A DNA stretch of 64,000 nucleotides from a virus. The notes beneath the pieces are model-generated. The model was given only the letters and a program-made list of their open reading frames with translations, was not told the DNA's origin and did not search any database. Positions 26,947 to 37,840 of this stretch are shown here, in pieces. The translations under genes were made by a program, and so were the position numbers. Numbering within the stretch: position 1 is the first letter of the stretch; each line of letters begins with the position of its first letter. The stretch lies in IMG/VR virus record IMGVR_UViG_3300009408_000003, positions 1 to 64,000 of that record, one strand, 5' to 3'.

Positions 26947-28581
26947 TTATTTGGATGGTTCAGATGGAGGTTGACCAATTAACCACGTTAAATCTTCGGT
27001 TTCTCCGCCCACATTCCATGTCCACGGATTATCATTCATTTGAGTTCCACTATAAAATCCAGATTCTTGTTCAGTTTGTGATATATTACCTAATGCTTTT
27101 TGTGTTAAATCAATACCAGATTGTTTTAATCGTAATGCTGTATCGCGTACCCATAATCCAATTGACAAGGACATAACTAAATCATCATTGTATCCTCTCA
27201 TTGCTTGCGCTCGATTTCCAACCCAAATAAATACAAATAATTCATCAATTAACCTAGTCGAACGTATCGTGATTGATTTTTCTCTGAAATATAAATCTAG
27301 TTTAGAAATAATAAGTGGTCTTGTTCTGGCTGTTGTTGAAAATCCAGCAACCATACCACGTTCTTCAGCTCTATATTTATTATTCATTTGGCGTTGAGTA
27401 TCCACATATTTTAAATCTTTACTCATATAGAATAAATTACCATAATTTCTATCAATCACTTGTTGAATTACTGCCCAACCAATATTTGCGTTTTCTATTA
27501 CTAGTAGTGCATCATTATATTCGGTTGCTAATGATACTAAAAAGTTTCCATAATCTTTTGTAGATAATTTACCTTTATATTCAGCAACTTGTACAGCTGC
27601 TTCAATATCAAGTACATGACATGCCGAAAAATCGACAGAATCACCACGCGAAACATCAGCAACTACCATGTATGATTTAGCTGGGTCAGAATATTCCCAC
27701 CTCCATAAGTTTCCGTCAAAACCAGTCTTTTCTAGTGGTTCTTGACAATAGGTTTCTTTATAAAATGTTAATAATGATGCATCAATAACAGAATTACCAG
27801 AAGAAATAAAATCACAATCACATTCTTGTGCAGCTGCTTTAGGGCCTAATAAAAGTTCTTGTTCATCTCTCCAGTTTTGGTCTCGTTCTGGATGTAATGA
27901 CCAATGTAATCTAATCGGATTGAATTTATTCCAATCATTGCCTGTCAGATGTGCACCTTGCCATGTTTTATGAAAGAAATTACCTACTCCGTTTGGTGTA
28001 GATAATATAATTGCATCACCACCGGTTGATAATGTAGATTGAGCTGATATCCAAATATCATCTATACCATCGATAAATGCTGCTTCATCAAATACCAATA
28101 ATGATAATGATTCTGACCTACCTGCATCACCGCCAGATGATGTAGCTTTAATTTGTGATCCGTTTGTATAACGTAATGATAATTTATTATCTTCCTCTGC
28201 TTTTTGTTTTAGCCAAGACGGAAGATAATCATTCATTACACGTACTTTAGTTACTAAATTTTTTGCAACTTCTTGTTTTGTTGCAATTACTAATATATTA
28301 AAATCTTCATTAAATAGCATTTTCCATAAAGAATATCCGCCTACAAGTGTCGATATACCAGTTTGTCGAGATTTTAATACAATATTGTATCTGTTTTCAT
28401 TAAATTCCTTTAAAGTCTTTGCTTGATATGGATATAAATTAAATGGTATTTTTCCGCGAGTTGGATGCTGAATCATACAGTATTTTTTCATAAAATATAC
28501 AGGATCTACTGCACATTTCTTATACTCTAACTTTATAATATCCTTTAATGATAATTTTTTTTGGGGTTGATTTACTGCCAT
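26947..28581 (-). CDS. terL: Terminase large subunit (T4 gp17-like)
   Basis: IVLKSRQTGIST (Walker A), LLVFDEAAF (Walker B), ILSTPNG, and nuclease motifs VVADVSRG and GYNDDLVMS. Confidence 0.95.
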   Translation of the reverse strand: MAVNQPQKKLSLKDIIKLEYKKCAVDPVYFMKKYCMIQHPTRGKIPFNLYPYQAKTLKEFNENRYNIVLKSRQTGISTLVGGYSLWKMLFNEDFNILVIATKQEVAKNLVTKVRVMNDYLPSWLKQKAEEDNKLSLRYTNGSQIKATSSGGDAGRSESLSLLVFDEAAFIDGIDDIWISAQSTLSTGGDAIILSTPNGVGNFFHKTWQGAHLTGNDWNKFNPIRLHWSLHPERDQNWRDEQELLLGPKAAAQECDCDFISSGNSVIDASLLTFYKETYCQEPLEKTGFDGNLWRWEYSDPAKSYMVVADVSRGDSVDFSACHVLDIEAAVQVAEYKGKLSTKDYGNFLVSLATEYNDALLVIENANIGWAVIQQVIDRNYGNLFYMSKDLKYVDTQRQMNNKYRAEERGMVAGFSTTARTRPLIISKLDLYFREKSITIRSTRLIDELFVFIWVGNRAQAMRGYNDDLVMSLSIGLWVRDTALRLKQSGIDLTQKALGNISQTEQESGFYSGTQMNDNPWTWNVGGETEDLTWLIGQPPSEPSK

Positions 28582-28582
28582 G

Positions 28583-29227
28583 CTATTTTCGTCTTAGTTT
28601 TATCTTCCAATATAATGATATCCCTATATAGGGTGTTATACTTGAACCATTACGATATGAATTAGATAATCCCATATTTAATCCGTATATTTTATCTTGT
28701 TTAGTTTTAAGTAATAATCCAACATTCACATTATTCAAAAATTTACGTTTATCAATACCAACACTACCCCCAAAGAATACTTTGGCTTTTGGTAATGATT
28801 TAATAGTTATGGTTTCTTTTACAATTGGTATGTTTAAATCCCACATAATACTGCGTGATATTATTTTATTTTTACTTATGGTATCATTAATAACGCCGTT
28901 ACCATATTTAGATACTTTAACAGTATCTTTATAGAAATATTTTGCATAATAATCTTTTAATATTGCTAATGTATCTATATTTACTGGAATTGGTTGTGGT
29001 ATAGGGGATATGCTTACAGGAGTTGGAATATAATTAGGTATTTTTACGGTGTCTTGCTTTATCCATAATGTATCTATTTTTTTTGATAATAATTCATATT
29101 TTTTACCGCCAATTTTGATATATTTTTTTAAATCAACTGGTTTAGGTTCAAAAACCTTTAATAATATAATGACACCTATTAATATAAAAATTAATATATT
29201 TTTTATATTTTTATAAATAGCAGTCAT
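28583..29227 (-). CDS. Signal-anchored protein (possible spanin-like)
   Basis: N-terminal TM segment, a Pro-rich linker and a beta-strand-rich C-terminus ending in YWKI. Confidence 0.5.
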   Translation of the reverse strand: MTAIYKNIKNILIFILIGVIILLKVFEPKPVDLKKYIKIGGKKYELLSKKIDTLWIKQDTVKIPNYIPTPVSISPIPQPIPVNIDTLAILKDYYAKYFYKDTVKVSKYGNGVINDTISKNKIISRSIMWDLNIPIVKETITIKSLPKAKVFFGGSVGIDKRKFLNNVNVGLLLKTKQDKIYGLNMGLSNSYRNGSSITPYIGISLYWKIKLRRK

Positions 29228-29867
29228 AATTGTTTTTTTTCAAAATTTCAAAAACTTCATTTCGTTTAGTTTCCAACTCACTAATTTCAGTTGTGCCCTT
29301 TTTTATTAAGTCTTTCATATCAGATTTTACATTTTCTACTGAATCTGGTAATCTCCAATGTTCTAATGTACCATCTTCATTTACATAATCATAAACTTGT
29401 TTTGCGTCATCATGAGCTTGTTTAATTAATTCTAGTTGTGTCTTTCCTTGCTTAATCATTTCTGTCCAAATTCTGTAATTTTGATAATCTTTCCAAAATC
29501 CTTCGGCTTTAATTTTTGTTTCAATTTCTGCCAAACAATCTATACAGTAACCTGTTTTTTTAATTAGTTTTTTATCTGTTTTGGATTTATTAATTCGTTT
29601 ACATTTTGGATTTTTACAAATTGTTGTTTCATTTAAATAATCACGTATTTCTTGAAATACTTCTGAATTTTTAGATGCTTTAACAATATATCCGTCTTTT
29701 TGTTCATATCTGTTATGTTCATCTTCCCAAATATCGCCAATTTTATGAAATTCGGTTGGAGAGCTCCACCCGGATACGGTTGATGTTTCATATTCGCCAG
29801 TATGAACCATATCTGCAAGTCTTCTTCTAGTTTTATGCATAAAACTTCGTTTAAATTCTTTAGCCAT
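29211..29867 (-). CDS. Conserved phage hypothetical protein with a Cys cluster
   Basis: 218 aa with CKNPKC...GYCIDCL. Confidence 0.65.
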   Translation of the reverse strand: MAKEFKRSFMHKTRRRLADMVHTGEYETSTVSGWSSPTEFHKIGDIWEDEHNRYEQKDGYIVKASKNSEVFQEIRDYLNETTICKNPKCKRINKSKTDKKLIKKTGYCIDCLAEIETKIKAEGFWKDYQNYRIWTEMIKQGKTQLELIKQAHDDAKQVYDYVNEDGTLEHWRLPDSVENVKSDMKDLIKKGTTEISELETKRNEVFEILKKNNYDCYL

Positions 29868-30020
29868 AATATTATTTTTTTTATATTGTTATATATTAGT
29901 TACATATCTATGTATATAAGTATTGTCAAAATGAAAAAAGGAATTATAGTAAGGGATTACTCTTTTAATTTAAACTACGAAAATTATGTTTTTTTGAAGT
30001 TTTAGATAAATTTACAGGTA

Positions 30021-33000
30021 CTATTTTTTATAAAAAATACCTAAAAGTTGATTAAGGGCAGCAAAACCGCCGGTCATTTTAATCGTATGATCATTATATA
30101 CAAAAACGATTCCTTCGCTTGGTACAATTCTATCGATACCACCTATTGAATCTAATCGTTTTAATTCTAATTTTAATTTTTCAATTTTTTTAGGATCTTT
30201 TGATTGAGTAACATCTTTAATCGTTTGAGTTATTCTATCTTTTATTTTTTGTAAAGCTTCATCTGGATTAACGGTAAGTACTGATTTTGTAAATTCTAAA
30301 ACATCTGCACCAATACCTAAAAATATATTTTCGAATTTCATTAAATTTTGTTTTGAAATTTTATCGTGATCATTACTATCAATTTGTTTAGCCCAAGTTA
30401 ATGCTTTATCATCTGATATAGTTTTTGTATTTAATCTAAATGATTTATCTGAAAATGCCCATCGTTTAACTAATCCGACTAACGCAGTTTTATCTAATGT
30501 TGTAGGTGAATTTTTTATAATATAGTTTTCCCACCAAGCTTGATGATACGCAGCTACTCCATCAGTATCTTTTAATCCAAATTCTTTTTCTAAATTATTA
30601 ATTTTACTAATATATGCCGGTTTTTTAGCACTTAAATTTTGATTTTTAGGTAACTTAATAATAGGTGGGCCTTGAATAGTATAAGTATTTTGAACATTTT
30701 GATTTATTTGTTTTATCATACCTGCAAGTAGTTTGGCATCGGTTGTAGATTCTCCAATCGGTTTTCCGTCTAATCCATATTCAAACGTACCATGAAATAT
30801 TAATAATGATTGACCATACGCTATTACATTTACTGATTTTGGAAATATAACTTCAAGCTGCATGAATTTTGCACCATTAGCAAATATTTTATCTTTTTGT
30901 TTTTGAGATAATCCACCAATAGCTTTTGTTAAATCTTGCATTGCGAAATTATATGCATCGGTTAATCCACCTCTACCTTTAAATTTAGCCGCTATTCCTT
31001 TAATATCCATTGCATTTTCTCCGTGGTTCTTTAATTGTCCCGTATTTCTTGCAGCTATCAATTTTCCGTTTTTCCAACTAATTGACAGTGCTACGCCATC
31101 TGTTTTTTCGCGTGTAAATTCTAAATTTCCGTCTAAAGCTTTATTAGCAATATCTTTAAGTTGACCAAACGTTAAATTTACATCAATATCGAATGGGTGG
31201 CTCATGTGTCCATAAGTTCCGCCGCATTGTAATAAAATTTTATCGTTATCTTTATAGTTATTATCTGCTAATACAAACTGTTCAAGATTTTCATCCAAAT
31301 CATCTACTAAATCGTGTATAGATTCATGAACTGTGTTCTTAAATTTAGATACTGAAATTTCATTTTTAGATTCTATATGTAATTCTGGCGTTTTATTTTG
31401 GTGCCACGTAGCGGTTCTTAATATAGTTTTTGCAATGAGTTTATTTGCAGTTTTTATAAATGGTATATTAATATTAGTTTTATCATCTTTTACCATTATT
31501 TCGTTATAGTTAGAAAGAAAATCCTTTAATTCTGATTTATGTTTTGATAATCGTGTAAAGAAATCTATTAATTCTTTTTCTGTTATTTCTATCTTGTTTC
31601 TAGGATCATTAACTCTATCAAAAAAATGATTAGTAAATATAATATCTTCTGGCCTCATTTTATTATCTGCAACTTTATCAATCGTATTTAATTGTTGCCA
31701 TCCCATTTCATGCAAACCACCTTTATCCATTTTATCCGAAAACTTTTTTAATTTATCAAATGAACCAAAACTTTTTAATTTTCGTTGTTTAGCTAATCTC
31801 ATATTATCAAAATTTTTCATTCTCATATGATTTTTTACAATAAAAAATATTTTTGATGGTGTTCCTCCTAAATTAATGATAATATTACGATATTTTTTTA
31901 TTAATGCTGCTGATATTTTTTCATGATCATAATGAGTTATACGACCAGTCTTTGGATTAATTCCGCTAGTTTCATCTTTACCGATATCATGAAACAATCC
32001 CGCTATAGCTAAATTAATATCATCTGGACTTTGTTTTAATGCTCGATTAACTACTGTTATTGTATGTTTTAAAACGTTTCCTTCTGGGTGGTGTATTGTA
32101 TCTTGTCTTATGTGTTTTAGATTTAAAACACGTTTCTGTAAATCAGTAGGTAGTTTACTAAAAAGCTCTTTAAACGTTCTTATTTGCAATTTATTATTTA
32201 TATTAGATTCATTTAAATATCGTTTTTCTTCTTCATTATTAATCCAGTTTCCAATTTCTTTACCTTTTATATTAGCCGGTGCATCTTTCCCAGTTACATT
32301 AATACTAAATTTGACAAATTTAGTATAATCTACTTTATTATGATTACCATAATCTATAATTTGTTTATTTGTTAATGTTGTTCGTTTTTGCTGTTTTTTA
32401 TACTCAACAATATCTTTTGGTTTGAATTTATCTAATGATTGTAAAAATATTACATTAATAATATCTTTTGTAGTATATCCTATTTTATTTAAAACATTTT
32501 CTAATAAATCTTTACTATTTTTCTTTAATAATTGAGCCATTACTACAATATAATCTGAATCATCTATGTATGGTTTATTTATTTTTAAATTTGGAAATGT
32601 TAATGATAAAAATTTTAGTTTTTCCATTAAATCTAAATAGGTTTTAGTTGATTTAGCAGATTCTATTGATTTTATAAATTCCATTCTAATTCTATTTGGA
32701 CTGACATCCTTTAATGTAGGATCTTTCTTAATTGCAAGTAAGGTATCTGTATCCATGCTTCCACCTAATTTAGAAGTAAATCTAACAGCTCGTAATTTAC
32801 GTAAATGATCTTCTGCAAACCTATCTGCTGCATTTCCTACTGTTCTAATTTTTTTATCTTTTAAATCTTTTATACCACCAACTAAATCAACAATTTCTTT
32901 ACGATCAATATCATAAAATAGTGCATTAATTGTTAAATCTCTGCGTTTTACATCCCCCTCAATATCAGTATAATCTATTCCAGTTAGTTTACGATTTTTA

Positions 33001-35762
33001 CCTATATCAGTTCTAAATTGTGTTACTTCATCGCCATCTATTATAACTGTTCCATATTTTATACTGATAGTATCACATTTTAATCCTTCTTTTTTACAAA
33101 TATCAACCATTTCATCTGCTTTTGCATCGGTTGATAAATCGAAATCATGTGGCTTTTTGCCTAAAATAGCATCTCTAACTGCTCCACCTACTACATATAA
33201 TTTTTTACCGTGTTTTTTAAATGCTTTATCAATTTTTTTAACACTTGCTGGTAATGCAAGATTTAATGTATGTTTAGCTTCTGTAATTATGGTATTTTCA
33301 GTTACATTTTCTTTATTATAATTAGTAATAATACGTTTCATTATTTCTGGCGGAATTTTCTCCGTACCAAATCGTTTAAGTACTATTTTTAAAAATGTTT
33401 CTAATGCTTTATCATCAGGTTCGACACCGGCAAATAATGCTGCTTTACCAGCCCCTTTTAATATAGTTTCAGCAACTACGTGTGGAATAAATTCTTGTGC
33501 AACATGACCGGCAAATGCTATAAGACCATGACCAATTCCGCCAGTTGCAACGCCAAAAAGAGCTGTTGTAACTACTTTTATAGCTACACCTTTTAACGCA
33601 GATTTTTCTTCATCTGATAGATTTTTTCCAGACATGAAATGTTTTGCTGCTATTCCTGCATATTTAAATTCTTCTATTTCTTCTTTTGCACCGTGTTTTA
33701 TCTTAATTAAACTACCTTTTAATTTATCTTTAATAGTTTCTGCTATGGTTCGTCTTAATTTAGACTCGCCATTATGCATTTCTTGCACAAAAAAATGTTT
33801 TTCTTCATCAGACCATGTTTCTAATTTTTTACGTACATCTGCAAATTTATCAGTCGTTTTTTGTTTTATTGTTCCAGATACATTTGATTTAGATTTATCT
33901 GAGGTTGATTTATCAAAAATATTTGGTGTTGGACTTGCAGTTTTTTTACCTAATTTTTTTGTACTGGTGGTTACATAGTGACCACTAGCGTTTTTAGTAT
34001 ATACAGGTGCTGATTTATCCTTTTCAGAACCAACTTTTTTATATCTACCGTATCCAATATGTGTGAATTTGTCATCTTCACTTTCAATTATAATATTTGA
34101 GGCTAGTTCGTGTATATGTTTAAATGATACGTCATCCCATTTACGAGAAAGTTTTAATAATGGAATAATATCTAAATTTATTCGTACTGCAACTATCTTA
34201 GCTTTGTTATTTAATGCATATAAGGCCAACACTCTATGATGACCATCTAAAATATATCCGCCTTTAGAAACTACAATTGGTTTAGATAAATTAGATACAG
34301 ATTTAGTCATTAATGTTTCTACTTTATCTCTATTAATATTTTTTTGTGTAAGATTTAATTTTGATATTGGTATTTTTTCAATTTTATATGAATAACCATT
34401 AGCTTTAATATATTTTAAATAGTTTTTTAATTTACTAGATTCAATTTGTGGCATATCTTTACGAGGAATACCTAAATTTTTAAATCCTGTTGTTATATCT
34501 TCGGTTACTATACTTTCAAAAACGTTTGGTGCTTTTTTAAATAATCTGAATGTTGTTATGCTTCTACCATTAATAGTAGGCATGCCGTGTGCATCAACTC
34601 CTATATCTTTAACTACTACTTTTTTATTTTTGAATTTTCCCATTAAAATAGTATCGCCAATATCAACTGGTAATGTTATATTTTCATTCATGTATAATTC
34701 AAATTCGAACTCAATTTCCCTGTCAGCATGGGCTATTTCGCCAGATAACGCTTTTATTTGTGCTTCTGCATTTTTTTCAAGTTGAGTTTTTAATAATTCA
34801 TAACCAGCTAATGTAGCTTTTCGTGTTGCATGTGCATACCATTTTGTATATGCATTACTTGAATAAATATCAATTTGGTTATTCGGTGTCATAGCTCCAA
34901 TTACACCTGCAGGATAGAATGATACAGCTGTTACTGGGCCTTTTGGATAAGTCGGATAATTCTGATAATCTTCAACATCTTTAGTCATTATCATATTAAT
35001 AACCTCGTATCCTATTTTTTTAGCTCGTATTGTTGACACTTTAGAAAATGTATCGAACGTTCCAATAAAACTAGATGGCCCATCATCAGCATCAACTGTA
35101 CCGAGCGAGTTTTCATTTAATAACCATTCTTCAATTGTTTCTTTACTAATTTCAACTATTTCATTTAATTTAGATGTAACTAAATTAAAAATTGTTTTAT
35201 TGTAACTAGGAAAAGCTACCGTTTCAAAGAATTTTTTCTTTTCATCTGTTGTTCCTAATGCTAATCCGTTTCTAACGGTTGTACCACTTAATGTACTAAG
35301 TGTTGGCGCGATAAATACATATCCAGCATCTTTATATGGTTCAGTTGGTTTATTATTATCAAGTTTTCTAAAATATTTTCCGCCTAGCCTTGTTGAATCT
35401 TTTTTACCAACTACAGCAACATATGCAGTAGTATTTTCATCAAATTTACTTAAAATTTCAACTGGTTTATATGGATTTCTAATCTGAATTACATTTGATT
35501 TTGGAATATCAAACATAGTAGTTATTATTTTAAATTTTTCTTTAAAATTAAATGGTGATTTATCTTTAGAAACAACATTAGAAGTACCTATATAGATATT
35601 ATTTTTTCCGAATTTTTTAACTAAATATAAATATATTGCATAATGACCATTATGAAATGGCTGAAATCGGCCTGTAAAAATTACAATTGTTCTTTTTATT
35701 TTATCAGGTGTATCTTCTAAAAGTATTTGTTTTACTAAATAATTACTTAATTTTGTATTCAT
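30021..35762 (-). CDS. 1913-aa polyvalent protein: HIGH-motif nucleotidyltransferase, ParB-like, CCA-adding enzyme, HD domain, KxDG ligase-like C-terminal domain
   Basis: TGRFQPFHNGH; YILDGHHR; YVVGGAVRD...DFD...RRDLTINAL...EDHLRKLRAVRF; HHPEG...FHDIGK; GHMSHPFD...EKTDG. Confidence 0.8.
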   Translation of the reverse strand: MNTKLSNYLVKQILLEDTPDKIKRTIVIFTGRFQPFHNGHYAIYLYLVKKFGKNNIYIGTSNVVSKDKSPFNFKEKFKIITTMFDIPKSNVIQIRNPYKPVEILSKFDENTTAYVAVVGKKDSTRLGGKYFRKLDNNKPTEPYKDAGYVFIAPTLSTLSGTTVRNGLALGTTDEKKKFFETVAFPSYNKTIFNLVTSKLNEIVEISKETIEEWLLNENSLGTVDADDGPSSFIGTFDTFSKVSTIRAKKIGYEVINMIMTKDVEDYQNYPTYPKGPVTAVSFYPAGVIGAMTPNNQIDIYSSNAYTKWYAHATRKATLAGYELLKTQLEKNAEAQIKALSGEIAHADREIEFEFELYMNENITLPVDIGDTILMGKFKNKKVVVKDIGVDAHGMPTINGRSITTFRLFKKAPNVFESIVTEDITTGFKNLGIPRKDMPQIESSKLKNYLKYIKANGYSYKIEKIPISKLNLTQKNINRDKVETLMTKSVSNLSKPIVVSKGGYILDGHHRVLALYALNNKAKIVAVRINLDIIPLLKLSRKWDDVSFKHIHELASNIIIESEDDKFTHIGYGRYKKVGSEKDKSAPVYTKNASGHYVTTSTKKLGKKTASPTPNIFDKSTSDKSKSNVSGTIKQKTTDKFADVRKKLETWSDEEKHFFVQEMHNGESKLRRTIAETIKDKLKGSLIKIKHGAKEEIEEFKYAGIAAKHFMSGKNLSDEEKSALKGVAIKVVTTALFGVATGGIGHGLIAFAGHVAQEFIPHVVAETILKGAGKAALFAGVEPDDKALETFLKIVLKRFGTEKIPPEIMKRIITNYNKENVTENTIITEAKHTLNLALPASVKKIDKAFKKHGKKLYVVGGAVRDAILGKKPHDFDLSTDAKADEMVDICKKEGLKCDTISIKYGTVIIDGDEVTQFRTDIGKNRKLTGIDYTDIEGDVKRRDLTINALFYDIDRKEIVDLVGGIKDLKDKKIRTVGNAADRFAEDHLRKLRAVRFTSKLGGSMDTDTLLAIKKDPTLKDVSPNRIRMEFIKSIESAKSTKTYLDLMEKLKFLSLTFPNLKINKPYIDDSDYIVVMAQLLKKNSKDLLENVLNKIGYTTKDIINVIFLQSLDKFKPKDIVEYKKQQKRTTLTNKQIIDYGNHNKVDYTKFVKFSINVTGKDAPANIKGKEIGNWINNEEEKRYLNESNINNKLQIRTFKELFSKLPTDLQKRVLNLKHIRQDTIHHPEGNVLKHTITVVNRALKQSPDDINLAIAGLFHDIGKDETSGINPKTGRITHYDHEKISAALIKKYRNIIINLGGTPSKIFFIVKNHMRMKNFDNMRLAKQRKLKSFGSFDKLKKFSDKMDKGGLHEMGWQQLNTIDKVADNKMRPEDIIFTNHFFDRVNDPRNKIEITEKELIDFFTRLSKHKSELKDFLSNYNEIMVKDDKTNINIPFIKTANKLIAKTILRTATWHQNKTPELHIESKNEISVSKFKNTVHESIHDLVDDLDENLEQFVLADNNYKDNDKILLQCGGTYGHMSHPFDIDVNLTFGQLKDIANKALDGNLEFTREKTDGVALSISWKNGKLIAARNTGQLKNHGENAMDIKGIAAKFKGRGGLTDAYNFAMQDLTKAIGGLSQKQKDKIFANGAKFMQLEVIFPKSVNVIAYGQSLLIFHGTFEYGLDGKPIGESTTDAKLLAGMIKQINQNVQNTYTIQGPPIIKLPKNQNLSAKKPAYISKINNLEKEFGLKDTDGVAAYHQAWWENYIIKNSPTTLDKTALVGLVKRWAFSDKSFRLNTKTISDDKALTWAKQIDSNDHDKISKQNLMKFENIFLGIGADVLEFTKSVLTVNPDEALQKIKDRITQTIKDVTQSKDPKKIEKLKLELKRLDSIGGIDRIVPSEGIVFVYNDHTIKMTGGFAALNQLLGIFYKK

Positions 35763-35800
35763 ATGATATTATATTATATTATCTAATATATAAATATAAC

Positions 35801-35842
35801 AAAAATGAGAACTCGATAAAACTTTACCAAATTCTCATTTTA
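35801..35842 (-). terminator. Possible terminator after groEL
   Basis: AAAATGAGAA...TTCTCATTTT 10-bp stem with a large (20-nt) loop. Confidence 0.4.
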
Positions 35843-35866
35843 AAATTTATTTTTATAAAATATTTT

Positions 35867-37483
35867 TTATCTCATTCCAGGAAGTTGCGGCTGTAATACT
35901 GGTGTTTTTTCTTGTTTAGTAGCAATAACACATGATGTCATTAATAGTAATCCGGCAACAGATGCACTGTGTGTTAATGCAAGTCGTGTTACTTTTGTAG
36001 GATCTATAATTCCAGCTTTTAGCATATTTACATATTCATTTGTTCTTACATTATATCCATAATTTTTTTTAGATGCTTCTATTTTACTAAGAATAACATC
36101 TGGCGATATTCCTGCGTTTTCAATTATTATTCTAAAAGGGGCCTCAATTGCAGTTTGTACAATTTTTACTCCTAGTTGTTCATCTTCGGTTAATGTTTGA
36201 TTTATTTTTAGATTTTTCGATGCGTTTATTAATGCTAAACCACCGCCGATTACAATCCCTTCTTCTACTGCAGCACGTGTTGCATGCAACGCATCATCAA
36301 CTCTATCTTTTTTCTCCTTCATTTCAGTTTCAGTAGATGCTCCAATATAAATTATCGCAACACCACCACTTATTTTAGCTAAACGTTCTTGAAGTTTTTC
36401 TTTATCATATTCTGATGTTGAATTTTCTATTTGTTGTTTTATAACACTTATACGAGATTTAATATCAGTTGATTTACCACCTCCGTTAATAAATGTAGTT
36501 GTATCTTTATCAATATTTATTTTTTCGCAAGTACCCAAGTGTGAAAGTGTTGCATCTTCTAATTTTAATCCAACTTCATCAGATATTACTGTTCCGCCAG
36601 TTAAAACGGCTGTATCTTCTAATATTTCTTTTCTTCTATTTCCAAATGCTGGTGCCTTTATTGCTGCTATTTTTAATGAACCTCTTAATTTGTTTACTAC
36701 GAGTGTTCCAAGTGCTTCACCATCGATATCACTTGCAATTATTAATAATGGTCGACCACTATTAGCAACAGGTTCTAGTAATGGTAATAAATCGTTTATT
36801 GTAGATATTTTTTTATCATACAATAAAATATAAGGATTTTCTAATTCGCATACTAGCGTTTCTTGATTTGTTATAAAATATGGTGAAAGGTAACCTTTAT
36901 CATATTGCATGCCTTCTACCGTTTTTACTTCAATTTCAGTACCTTTAGCTTCTTCTACAGTAATTACTCCGTTTTTACCAACTTTTTCCATAGCATCTCC
37001 AATCATTAATCCAATAGTTTCATCATTATTTGCTGAAATTGTTGCTATTTGTACAATTTCTTCTGGTGATGATACTAATTTTGAATTTTTTCTTAGGTTA
37101 TCTACTATATGATTAACCGCTATATCAATACCACGTTTTAATTCAGTTGGATTTGCGCCTGATGTAACTAGTTTTAATCCTGAATTAAATATTGATTGAG
37201 TTAATACAGTAGCGGTAGTAGTACCATCACCTGCTAAATCATTCGTTTTTGAAGCAACGTCTTTTACAAGCTGAGCTCCCATATTTTCAATTGGATCATC
37301 AAGTTCTACACTTTTTGCAACAGTAACACCATCCTTTGTAATATGAGGAGAAGAAAGTTTTTTACTTAAAACTACATTTCTACCTTTTGGCCCTAATGTA
37401 CAGCTTACTGCAGCTGATAATTTATCAACTCCTTGTTTAAGTTTCATTCTTGATTCGTTACCATGTATTATAATTTTTGTCAT
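35867..37483 (-). CDS. groEL: Chaperonin GroEL
   Basis: [43 protein letters not shown] and [19 protein letters not shown]. Confidence 0.95.
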   Translation of the reverse strand: MTKIIIHGNESRMKLKQGVDKLSAAVSCTLGPKGRNVVLSKKLSSPHITKDGVTVAKSVELDDPIENMGAQLVKDVASKTNDLAGDGTTTATVLTQSIFNSGLKLVTSGANPTELKRGIDIAVNHIVDNLRKNSKLVSSPEEIVQIATISANNDETIGLMIGDAMEKVGKNGVITVEEAKGTEIEVKTVEGMQYDKGYLSPYFITNQETLVCELENPYILLYDKKISTINDLLPLLEPVANSGRPLLIIASDIDGEALGTLVVNKLRGSLKIAAIKAPAFGNRRKEILEDTAVLTGGTVISDEVGLKLEDATLSHLGTCEKINIDKDTTTFINGGGKSTDIKSRISVIKQQIENSTSEYDKEKLQERLAKISGGVAIIYIGASTETEMKEKKDRVDDALHATRAAVEEGIVIGGGLALINASKNLKINQTLTEDEQLGVKIVQTAIEAPFRIIIENAGISPDVILSKIEASKKNYGYNVRTNEYVNMLKAGIIDPTKVTRLALTHSASVAGLLLMTSCVIATKQEKTPVLQPQLPGMR

Positions 37484-37538
37484 ATTGTATTTAATTAAAT
37501 TTGTAATGTTCTAGTATGTATTTGAATTTTTAATTTTT

Positions 37539-37666
37539 ACATTTTATTTAAGCATAATCTATAATAAATTATATTTTATAATAAAAAATCGCCAGTCTTC
37601 TCTATTATAGTTGAAAATGGAGTTCAACATTTTTAGTTGATAAAATAAATGCTTAAATAAAATGTG
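37539..37666. repeat. 17-bp perfect inverted repeat pair
   Basis: ACATTTTATTTAAGCAT (37539-37555) and ATGCTTAAATAAAATGT (37650-37666). Confidence 0.75.
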
Positions 37667-37707
37667 AAATGTATTTTTTTTAATTACATTATATAGTCTA
37701 TAAGTTT

Positions 37708-37840
37708 TATTATATATTTAAAAAATAGGATAAGTAAGAATTTATACTTGTAGGCTAAGCTTATAAGCTTATAAGCTGTATTATATATATTTAAAAAAAT
37801 AGTATAAGTAAGAATTTATACTTATAAGCTTATAAGCTAG
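37708..37840. repeat. Imperfect ~65-bp tandem duplication with (ATAAGCT)n palindromes
   Basis: TATTATATAT..TTAAAAAA.TAG.ATAAGTAAGAATTTATACTT occurs twice; 20-bp palindrome at 37758-37777 and 16-bp palindrome at 37821-37836. Confidence 0.8.

Noticed and set aside
37700-37840. CRISPR-like mini-array
   Set aside because: Only two imperfect tandem units, no unique spacers and no cas genes.
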